DNA of 50,475 nucleotides, from the NCBI GenBank assembly GCA_027309555.1, contig DAIDCO010000007.1:1-50475 (forward strand), read 5' to 3'. The position numbers were made by a program, and so were the translations under genes. This document shows, piece by piece, positions 18,371 through 26,521 of the stretch (position 1 is its first letter; each line of letters starts with the position of its first letter). This DNA is from a bacterium. GTDB taxonomy: Archaea > Thermoplasmatota > Thermoplasmata > Lutacidiplasmatales > UBA184. A model generated the notes under the pieces. The model was not told the DNA's origin and ran no database searches. It saw only the letters and a program-made list of their open reading frames with translations.

Positions 18371-19309
18371 TCACGGGCTCGCCGCGGCGCGGGGGAGCCC
18401 GTGGGCGAGCTTGCCCAATTGCTCGATGAGATCCCGGTACTCCTCGAACGGATACTCCGGCTCCCAGCCTCCCCGCGGAATACGAGACCGTCGAGCGATC
18501 GGGGTCGAGTTCAATTGTGGAACGATCTGGAGCCCACTATAGAACCACCGCGGGGACGCGATCGGAGAGCCGTGATCCCTCGCCGCCTCCGCGACGAAGT
18601 GGGCGGTGGAAGGGAGGTACCGTTCGAGGATGCGGGTTCCCACCACGTCCCGCATTCCGGACGGCCAGGCCGACGGGGGCCCGGGAGGGGCCCGAAGCGC
18701 TTCGAGGACCTGGGGCGCGCAGCGGTCGAACTTCGTGACCACGAACAGGGGATGCATCGTCCGAGCCTTGCGACCGGGCTCGAGTGCGAGGCACCGCCGG
18801 ACCTGCTCGAGGGTCGTCACGAGCCGCGCGTCGTATCGAGCGATCGGGCCCGTGGTCCCTCCCTGGGCCGCCGGGGGCAGACGGGAGGCGTCGACCAAGG
18901 GTAACACCATGGTGCTGCGCAGGAGCCGGCGCGTCGACTCTTCGAGGATCGCGTCGTGAACGGCGAACTCCGAAATCTCCTCGACCGAGATGCCCCCGAC
19001 CTGAAGTTCGACGGTGTCGAACCGCCCGTCCGCGCCCACGCCCCGGCCACCGATGCCCCGTAGCTTGCTCGCGCGGAACGCGAGGAGGAAGGAGAGTGGG
19101 TGCTCCTCCCAGTTCACGTCCCATTCGGGGAAGCGGCCGGCGGCGAGCTCGCCGTAGATCGCCTCGAGCTGGCGGATCGTCTGTCGCTCCGCGGAAAAGC
19201 GGAAGCCGTCCTCCTCCTCGGTCCCGAGGCGCAGCTGCGCCGCATAGAGCAGTCCGACGAACGTCGTGAGCCCCGAGCCGCGATCCCCGACGACGAGGGC
19301 GGAACTCAC
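18371..19309 (-). CDS. Degenerate (pseudo-)GTPase, paralog of 20218-21237
   Basis: P-loop GDRGSGLTT lacks the Lys, G3 is replaced by GGISVE, and G4-like TKFD is retained. GTG start follows GGAGGAG. Confidence 0.85.
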   Translation of the reverse strand: MSSALVVGDRGSGLTTFVGLLYAAQLRLGTEEEDGFRFSAERQTIRQLEAIYGELAAGRFPEWDVNWEEHPLSFLLAFRASKLRGIGGRGVGADGRFDTVELQVGGISVEEISEFAVHDAILEESTRRLLRSTMVLPLVDASRLPPAAQGGTTGPIARYDARLVTTLEQVRRCLALEPGRKARTMHPLFVVTKFDRCAPQVLEALRAPPGPPSAWPSGMRDVVGTRILERYLPSTAHFVAEAARDHGSPIASPRWFYSGLQIVPQLNSTPIARRSRIPRGGWEPEYPFEEYRDLIEQLGKLAHGLPRAAASP

Positions 19310-19355
19310 GGTGGGTTCTCCTCCACGTCCCGAATGCCCTCGCGCCGGACCACCC

Positions 19356-20168
19356 TCACGCCGCCGCGAACGCCTCGGCGATGCGACCGTATACCGGGCT
19401 CTTCCCCCGGACCGGGGGCAGCGCCGCATGGTCGATGCTCGCATCGAGCAGCGTCCACGTTCCGTCCGCCCGGACCCCCCGCGAGGAGATGGCGAGACGG
19501 AAGTGGTTCATCGCGCTCAATGTGGGAGCGTCGCTGATAGCGGGGAACAGTGCGATCTCACCCGCGCAGTGCAGGAGCTCCACGAGTCGGTACAGGAGAT
19601 CGTTCCGATACTGGTTCGTGCTCCCGCGGCAGAGGACCAGGGTACGGCCCTGGTGGTCCGCGAGGAACCGACTGGCGAGGGTGTCCACGGCGGCCTTGGT
19701 GATCAGGCGGCGGATCCCCTCGCCGGGAAGCGTCACGGTCTCCTCGGGGCTCCGGAGGGTGACCGAGATCGGGTCGACCTTTCCGAGCCCCTTCGGATTC
19801 CGTCGGTCGAACTCGAGCGCGGCGGCCTCGACGTCCGCGAACCGCAGACGCCCGGCGCGGATCGGTCCTCCCGGGATCACGACCGTGTGGTTCGCGATCG
19901 TCGGTCGGTTGTACTCGTCGGCGACGCCCCGTCCGAGTATGGACAGGAGCACCTCGTCGTTGGCCGGTGCCGGATGGATCATCCGGGCGTCGATCAGCGT
20001 GCCTCCGTTCGCGGTCTTCTCGACGCGAACGGGGGTGAAGTGGTTGTCGAGGTAGCGCATGTACAACGGGCCGTTCAGCCGATGCGACTCGGCCTTTGTA
20101 CCGTACCCCTTCTCGGGGCTCGCCCCGTAGATCCAGTGCTCGAGCTCGAGCAAATCCCCCTCGTTCAT
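19356..20168 (-). CDS. GTPase-associated protein, GAP1-N/GAP1-M-like (possibly DENN-like)
   Basis: HWIYG...GYGTKAES and DEYNRPTIANHTVVI resemble GAP1-N-type motifs. The C-terminal half has an alpha/beta pattern. It lies between the two GTPases, and ATG 20168 follows GGAGGAGG. The CDS is secure; the family call is moderate. Confidence 0.7.
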   Translation of the reverse strand: MNEGDLLELEHWIYGASPEKGYGTKAESHRLNGPLYMRYLDNHFTPVRVEKTANGGTLIDARMIHPAPANDEVLLSILGRGVADEYNRPTIANHTVVIPGGPIRAGRLRFADVEAAALEFDRRNPKGLGKVDPISVTLRSPEETVTLPGEGIRRLITKAAVDTLASRFLADHQGRTLVLCRGSTNQYRNDLLYRLVELLHCAGEIALFPAISDAPTLSAMNHFRLAISSRGVRADGTWTLLDASIDHAALPPVRGKSPVYGRIAEAFAAA

Positions 20169-20217
20169 CGTGGACGCCTCCTCCCTGTGCAAACCGCGTT
20201 CCCGTCCCCGCCGTCCG

Positions 20218-21237
20218 CTAGGCCGTGGCGACCGCGGGAGGGGTCTGGAGGGTCGTCTGCTCGACGATCTCGTCGGGTACTTTGTTCGCGACATCTCGGA
20301 AGTGCTCGATGAACGCGACGTAGTCGTCGTAGGAGAAGTCCGGGTCGGCCCCACCCTCCGCCGAGAAGCCCTTCCGCACGATCCGCGGGACGCCGAGCGG
20401 CTGCATGCCGGCTTCGGCGGTCTCGGTCCGGACCCAGCTGAAGAAGTACGCCGCTTGGTCGAAGTTGACGCCCGCGACCTTCCCGCCGCGGATCTGGGAG
20501 AGGGTCTGGGGCATGAAGACCCGAAGGAGCGCCTCGGCGTACTCCTTGCGCTTCCGCTTCTGGTCGCCGTTCGGCACGCCGCGGTGGAGGCCGAGCTTGA
20601 CGAGGACCTCGTCCCGCAGGCTGTCGAACTTCGAGAGCACGATCGCGGGATAGATGACCGGGCTTCCCGCGCTCAGGCCCTGCGACTTCATGCGCGAGAA
20701 CTCCTGCTTCTTGTAGGTCTGCAGCGACACGAGCAGCGACGCGACCTCGCTGTCATACTTCAGCATCTGGCGGAACACCGGGGAGTCGATCTCGGTCGTC
20801 ATCTTGCTGCAGTCGACGAGGATGACCACCACGTGGCTCTTCAGGAGCTGCTGGATGATCGGGCTCGCGGCGACGCCCGTCTCGATGAACTCCTGGACAT
20901 CCTCGCCCGAGACGTCGTACGCCGCGAACGAGAGCTTGGCGAACGGGTTCACCCAGTTCTTGTCCTTGAGCGACGCAGGCAGCCGGCCCGAGAGGGGCTT
21001 TCTGTACCCGAAGACGAAGCCGATCTCGGTCATCTCGTCCTTCAGGGTCGCCCCCGGAAATCGCGCGTCCTTCATCCCTTCGTAGACCTGGCTCATGAGG
21101 CGGAGGGATTGCAAGGGGGCATGGAACCGGAACGAGTCCGTGACTCTCGTACCGTACTTCACCTGGGCCGCGTACAGCAGCCCGAGGAAGGTCGTCTTTC
21201 CGCACGCTCGGTCGCCCAAGATCGCTGCCGGACACAT
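20218..21237 (-). CDS. TRAFAC-class P-loop GTPase, double-GTPase-like
   Basis: G1 GDRACGKTT, candidate G2 Thr in FPGAT, G3 YDVSGE, hydrophobic strand VILVD and G4-like SKFD. RBS GGAGTGG. Confidence 0.9.
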   Translation of the reverse strand: MCPAAILGDRACGKTTFLGLLYAAQVKYGTRVTDSFRFHAPLQSLRLMSQVYEGMKDARFPGATLKDEMTEIGFVFGYRKPLSGRLPASLKDKNWVNPFAKLSFAAYDVSGEDVQEFIETGVAASPIIQQLLKSHVVVILVDCSKMTTEIDSPVFRQMLKYDSEVASLLVSLQTYKKQEFSRMKSQGLSAGSPVIYPAIVLSKFDSLRDEVLVKLGLHRGVPNGDQKRKRKEYAEALLRVFMPQTLSQIRGGKVAGVNFDQAAYFFSWVRTETAEAGMQPLGVPRIVRKGFSAEGGADPDFSYDDYVAFIEHFRDVANKVPDEIVEQTTLQTPPAVATA

Positions 21238-21259
21238 GGTTCTGTTTCCACTCCTTCGT

Positions 21260-22252
21260 TCAGTCCATGGGGGGCCGAAGCTCGGACCCTTCTACCTCCC
21301 GCTCGACGCCGTGCGGCGACGGGCGGAATCGGGGCGAGCGTGCGCCCCCCATGGAATCGTGAAGACTCGCGAGCGTGCCTTCCCCTCCCTCGTCCGAGGG
21401 CCGGTCTTCCCACCCGAGCGGAAGGTCCAGCACCGGGACGTCCCGGACCTCGCCCCGTGACGGCAGCCGCCCTTCCCCCTGCCGGAGGAGTTCCGCACCG
21501 AGGATCCCGAGGCTACGCTCGGTCTTCGACAGCCGAACCTCGATCTCCGCAAGAAGGAGCCCGAGGCTCGCGCGGCCCCCCGAGGGCTCCAGCGAGGGAA
21601 CGGAGCGGGTCGTGGAGAGGGCAGTGGGCGGCTCCGGGGGCCGCAGCCGCCGGAGCTCGACCACGGAAAGGGCGCGTACGGCGAGACCCCACGGCACCAG
21701 GTCCGGGGCGACCGAGGCCTGGAGCTCCGCGGCCAGCCGATCCCAATCCGGTTCACCCTGCTCCGGAGTCAGGCGTGCGAGCACGGCGGGCACGGCGCTC
21801 TCGACGGCCCGACGCACGATGGCCCGGAGCTCTTCGTCCGTCTTCCCGGGCAGGTTCTCGGCCGCCGCGGTGAGGAAACCGGGGTCGGCCGGGACCTTTG
21901 CCTGGACGTGGAGCCGGACCTCCCAGCCGGAAGCGTGCGACTTCTCGAGCGCCTGGACCGAGCGAACCGTGACCTCCACGGAAACGGGTTCGAGGGAGAT
22001 CTCGTTCACGGCCCGGTTCCACGGCGCGACGTAGGTCCCTCCGCCGACGATGATGCGCGGGCGGTGGATCGTCACGTTCGATGCGGCGATCCCCGGGCCG
22101 GTCGGGGCCGGGCCGCGGCCGGGGATGACGAGCGCCCGGTTCGATGGCACACTGACGAAGCATTTCGAGCGCAGGGTCCAGAACAGCGCGAGCGCGGTCC
22201 CTGCGGCGGCGGAAGTGGCGGCGGCCCACCAGATCAGGTCATCGAGCCCCAC
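21260..22252 (-). CDS. SPFH/band 7 protein, flotillin-like, with a short C-terminal coil
   Basis: N-terminal TM helix; VPSNRALVIPGRG, RIIVGGGTYVAP, AAENLPGKTDEEL and VAPDLVPWGLAVRALSV match the flotillin SPFH pattern. Start assumed at GTG 22252. Confidence 0.85.
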   Translation of the reverse strand: MGLDDLIWWAAATSAAAGTALALFWTLRSKCFVSVPSNRALVIPGRGPAPTGPGIAASNVTIHRPRIIVGGGTYVAPWNRAVNEISLEPVSVEVTVRSVQALEKSHASGWEVRLHVQAKVPADPGFLTAAAENLPGKTDEELRAIVRRAVESAVPAVLARLTPEQGEPDWDRLAAELQASVAPDLVPWGLAVRALSVVELRRLRPPEPPTALSTTRSVPSLEPSGGRASLGLLLAEIEVRLSKTERSLGILGAELLRQGEGRLPSRGEVRDVPVLDLPLGWEDRPSDEGGEGTLASLHDSMGGARSPRFRPSPHGVEREVEGSELRPPMD

Positions 22253-22782
22253 GGACCGCCCTGCCGAATCCCGGTAGGGACGCCGCGCGTGGCAATCGCA
22301 CGGCGCTCCTGGCACCAGCCGTCGACCCGGGCGGGGCTAGCAGTCGCGTGGGCGCTGGTCGAAAAATACCCCGCGAGTGAACCGCGCTCCGAGACGGGTC
22401 CCGTGCCTGCGGGTTCCGTCATCGGTCTCGTTTCCCCCTCGAGGACGACTCCCGCGCACGGGAGTCGGTGAGTTCGATACGCACACATGGGGATAAATAC
22501 CTACCCACGGGCTCGGTGACCGACGGAGCCAAGGTCGACAGCGCCGAACGGTTTCGGGGGCTCCGTTCGCGTCCTTGCCCGACCCGGAGCGCCCACCTCC
22601 GTGAACGACCGCGAGACCCATCGATCCGCTGGGCCGTGGAGGGAGGGCGAGCCCTTTTCTGCCCTCCCGCTGGTAGAATCCCGGGCCGGGGGAGGATCGG
22701 GGCTGAAGATCCCATCGACCAATGAACGTCCCAGAGCGCTCGGACGTCCCGACGGCCGACGTGGGGCCGAGCGAGGGTTGTT

Positions 22783-24270
22783 TTGAGTCGCCCTGACCTC
22801 CTTCGCCGGCCGCCGGGGTCGAACCGGAAGCGGCGGGCCCATCTGCTCCTCGCGGTCGTACTCGCCGTCGCGGTGATCGTGACCGTTCCGGTGCTCTGGT
22901 CGCTGGTGCCCTCCGCATCGCCCTCGCCGCTACCGGGTCCCACGTTTCCGACCGTGGCGGCTTCGCTGGGCGGCCCCAACGGGTCCGTGATCCCGTTCTA
23001 TCCGAGCCTTCTCGGAGTGAATCTTCGGGCCGACGTCCCGTTTTCGAGCGCGAGTCAATCGGCCCTCCACGCGACGGGGGTTGGCGTAGTCCGTTGGCCG
23101 GGAGGCGGCGACGGGGACCGGCTGGACCCGCTCGCGAACGGAGGAAGCGGGTCGATCTTCTCGGATACAGGAATCAGCACCCCGCCGGCGACGACCCTCG
23201 CCGAATTCGTGGAGTGGTGCCGCTCCGTCTCCTGCCGCGCCATCGTCACCCTGCCGGCCGAGATCGACGACCCCTCGTTCGCCGCGGCGATCGTCAACTA
23301 CACCGAGCACGATCTCGGGTTCTTTCCCGCGTACTGGGAGGTCGGCAACGAACCCGCCTTGTGGACTCACTACGCGGTCCCGTGGGACCGGTGGAACCTG
23401 AGCCAGAACCTGACGCCTACCCCCGCGGAGTACGCCAATCTGGTACACACCTACGTCGGAGCGATCCGAGCGATCGATCCGTCGACCGGGATCATCGGTC
23501 TCGGGGGAGTGGGAGGCAGCGCGTCCCCCCAGTCTTCCTGGATCTCGGCTACGGTATCGGTCAACGGGCCCAATCTCACCGCGATCGCGATCCATGTCTA
23601 CCCGGCCGGAAGCGGGTTCCCGTCCGCGTCGATCCCCCTCTGGTTCGCGACGCTCCAAGGTCGCTCGGCGCTGCCCCACCGGGTCGAGAGCGCTCTCGGA
23701 TCCATGACCCGGGCCTGCCCCAGCTGCCGCCTCGAACTCCTGGCCGACGAATTCCAGACCGGCACGCTCCTGACGAGCGCCACGAGCCTTTCAGGAGGGT
23801 ATCAGGCCGCGTACATCGCCGCGGAGATCGTGCAATCCCTCACGCTCCCGCTCACGAGCCTTGTCTACTACAACTTTCAAAGCGCGACCCCGGGGGCCTG
23901 GTTGAACTCGGCCGGCGAGCCCTCCGCCGCCTATGTACTCTACCGAGCGCTCGAGAGCGATCTTGGGGGATTCGCCCAGGGCATCAATCTCACGGCGGCG
24001 GCCTCCGGCCTCCTCGGAGCGGAAGGAGGGGCGTCGCCCGGCTCGATCACCAGCCTCGTGCTGGTGAACACGAACACGACGTTCGGCTTTCGTCTGAACC
24101 TGAGCGCGCGTTTCCCCGCTGCCTCCGGGGGAACGGCCTGGCTGTTCGACGGACCTGCCGCGTTACCGATATCGGAAACGGTGGGGCCGGGGGGCGCGAC
24201 CGGCTGGACCGTTCCTCCGGCGAGCGTGGTGATCCTGAGCGACATCGGGGCCCCCCTCGCCACCGGATGA
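22783..24270 (+). CDS. Membrane-anchored or secreted clan GH-A glycoside hydrolase (GH44/GH79/GH51-like)
   Basis: N-terminal TM helix; GVN, VRWPGG, WEVGNEP (acid/base), IHVYP and ADEF (candidate nucleophile); C-terminal beta-sandwich. Confidence 0.85.
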   Translation: MSRPDLLRRPPGSNRKRRAHLLLAVVLAVAVIVTVPVLWSLVPSASPSPLPGPTFPTVAASLGGPNGSVIPFYPSLLGVNLRADVPFSSASQSALHATGVGVVRWPGGGDGDRLDPLANGGSGSIFSDTGISTPPATTLAEFVEWCRSVSCRAIVTLPAEIDDPSFAAAIVNYTEHDLGFFPAYWEVGNEPALWTHYAVPWDRWNLSQNLTPTPAEYANLVHTYVGAIRAIDPSTGIIGLGGVGGSASPQSSWISATVSVNGPNLTAIAIHVYPAGSGFPSASIPLWFATLQGRSALPHRVESALGSMTRACPSCRLELLADEFQTGTLLTSATSLSGGYQAAYIAAEIVQSLTLPLTSLVYYNFQSATPGAWLNSAGEPSAAYVLYRALESDLGGFAQGINLTAAASGLLGAEGGASPGSITSLVLVNTNTTFGFRLNLSARFPAASGGTAWLFDGPAALPISETVGPGGATGWTVPPASVVILSDIGAPLATG

Positions 24271-24294
24271 ACGCTCGCCGCGACGGGGGGCGTC

Positions 24295-26397
24295 TCAAAA
24301 GAATTCCGGAGTGACGCCGTAGAGGACCGTCCCGAATGCCTCGAACCGGTAGACGGACTTGATGATGCCGAAGACGGGCCAGAGCGGAATCCAGGGAAGC
24401 ACGTCGTAGCGACGCATCCGCACGAGGAAGTACGCGAGCGGAACCGTCCGTAGAGCCAACAACACGAGCAGGAGGTAGAACGCGTGCAGGATCCCGGGGA
24501 CGCCGAGGAACACCGTCAGCAGCGCGAGGTACACGAAAACCAGAGAGCGGGCCCCCGCGCGAAGGACCAATAGGTAGTAGAAGAGGATCGCCAGTCCGCC
24601 GAATTCGATCGGCCCTTCGAAGAGCGCGGGATAGTTTCGCGAGTTCGCGAAGACCCCACCCCGCGTCCACCGGATGCGCTGCTTCCGAAGGGTGGCGTAC
24701 CGGTCCGGGACGTCCTCGTACCCGTGGGCCCCGAACGCAATGCAGATCCGGTAGCCCCCCCGTTGGAGGCGCAGCGAGAGCTCGGTATCTTCCCCGTTCC
24801 AGGCGACCCAACCACCGAGCCGCCGGAGGTCGTCGCGGCGGAACACCGAGAACGCCCCGTCGATCACTTCGGCGGCCCGGGCGCCCATGGCGCCGGGTCG
24901 GAGGAACAGGTGCTGCCAGGCGATCTCCATCGCTCGCAGCTTCCGCGGCCAGCCGTCCTTCTGGCGCGGCTGAAGGTACCCCTGGACTCCGCCGACCGAC
25001 GGGTCGGCGAGGTAGGCGACCGCCGGGCCGAACCCGGTGCGCTCCGAGATGCGACTGTCGGCGTCCAGGCGGACGACGATCTCTCCCGGTGCGAGGAGCA
25101 GGGCCGAGTTGAGCGCCTGCGACTTTCCTCCGTGCGGTAGGTCGAGGACGACCCCCGTCGAGTGTTCCAGCTCGGCGATCGCCGCCCGGGCGATCTCGGA
25201 GGTCCGGTCGGTCGACCCGTCGTTCCCCACGACGATCGTAACGAGCCCCGGGTATCGTGCCGAAGCTCGGTCGGCCGAAAGGATGGCCTCCCGAAGCTCC
25301 GCCTCTTCGTTGAAGGCGGGGATGAGGACCGACACCGAGGGGTGAAACTCCTCGAGGCTCGGAGGAGGTCGGTCCTTCCAGTAGCGGAAGTAGGCCGGCC
25401 GATTGAGCAGCGCCCAGATCGGAAGCGCGAGCGAAGGGAGGAGCAACAAGACCGTGAAGGCGGGAAAGATGCCGTGGAGCTGGAGCCCGACCGAGAGGAA
25501 GTAGAGCCCTACGCCGCTCGAGGCGATGGCTACGATGCCGTAGCCGAAGAATCGCCGGACGGCGCGTCGGTCCCGCGGAGCGGAGGCGCGGATCCGCGCG
25601 AGCGGAGCCGGCAATCCGAACGTGAGGTACATCACGATCGTGAGGAAGATCCCCCCGATGAGGGCGCGAACGATCAGCGAAAGGTTTCGAACGGGCAGTC
25701 CCGGGACCGTGAAGAAGAGGGCATCCACGACCATTTCGGCAGCCAGATAGAGCCCGACGATCCCGGCCATCAGCGCCCACCGCTTGGCCGGGGGGCGCGC
25801 GCGTCGCGGCTGGAGTGACGTGGCCGCGATCCAGGAGAGGATCAGCGCGAGGTACATCGGGAAAATGAAGTCGTAGACGAGCGGTGCTCCGCCCGAGGCC
25901 CCATAGACGCCCGGCCACGGCGCGGGCCAGTAGAGGAACGCGCCGACGATGCCCACGAGGCGGTCGTACCGGCCGAATACTTCGGGGTAGACCGAGAGGA
26001 ACACCGAGGCGACGCCCGTGAACACCACGACCAGGGTGAGCACGAACCGAGCGTTCTGCCGCGGGGCGGCGGAAGGCTCGTGGAGCAAGCTCGGGATCCG
26101 CACCTCCCGCGAGCCGTCCCGGGTCCAGACCCGAGCCGGTAGGACGGTCGTCGGAACCGTCGTGGCAGGGCCCAAGGATTCGGTCTCCGGGGCGAACGCA
26201 TGGCGTCGGAGGAGGCGAACGAGCTCGAAGACCACCACGCCGAGCAACACCCCGACCACCACCGCTCCGAGCGGGAGGCCGATCGCGCGAACCCATCCGA
26301 TCACGACGGAGCCGATGGAGGTCCACCCCCCGCTGAGCGAGGAGCCATGGAGGGCGAAACTCGCTCGACCCTCCGCGAGCGCTCCGAAGTTCGTCAT
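24295..26397 (-). CDS. Polytopic processive GT2 polysaccharide synthase
   Basis: About seven N-terminal TM helices, then LIPAFNE, NDGSTD, GKSQALN, LDAD, GEDTEL and QRIRW, followed by C-terminal TM helices. Confidence 0.92.
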   Translation of the reverse strand: MTNFGALAEGRASFALHGSSLSGGWTSIGSVVIGWVRAIGLPLGAVVVGVLLGVVVFELVRLLRRHAFAPETESLGPATTVPTTVLPARVWTRDGSREVRIPSLLHEPSAAPRQNARFVLTLVVVFTGVASVFLSVYPEVFGRYDRLVGIVGAFLYWPAPWPGVYGASGGAPLVYDFIFPMYLALILSWIAATSLQPRRARPPAKRWALMAGIVGLYLAAEMVVDALFFTVPGLPVRNLSLIVRALIGGIFLTIVMYLTFGLPAPLARIRASAPRDRRAVRRFFGYGIVAIASSGVGLYFLSVGLQLHGIFPAFTVLLLLPSLALPIWALLNRPAYFRYWKDRPPPSLEEFHPSVSVLIPAFNEEAELREAILSADRASARYPGLVTIVVGNDGSTDRTSEIARAAIAELEHSTGVVLDLPHGGKSQALNSALLLAPGEIVVRLDADSRISERTGFGPAVAYLADPSVGGVQGYLQPRQKDGWPRKLRAMEIAWQHLFLRPGAMGARAAEVIDGAFSVFRRDDLRRLGGWVAWNGEDTELSLRLQRGGYRICIAFGAHGYEDVPDRYATLRKQRIRWTRGGVFANSRNYPALFEGPIEFGGLAILFYYLLVLRAGARSLVFVYLALLTVFLGVPGILHAFYLLLVLLALRTVPLAYFLVRMRRYDVLPWIPLWPVFGIIKSVYRFEAFGTVLYGVTPEFF

Positions 26398-26521
26398 GCC
26401 CCGACACCGGTCGGACCGTGCCGCCAGGGCAACCTCGAGGCTCTCGGGCGGCGCCGACGGCGGGGCAGCGTCCGGCGCGGCTCGTCTCCCGGGCGTTCGC
26501 TGGACTCCAAGGGGACGGCCC

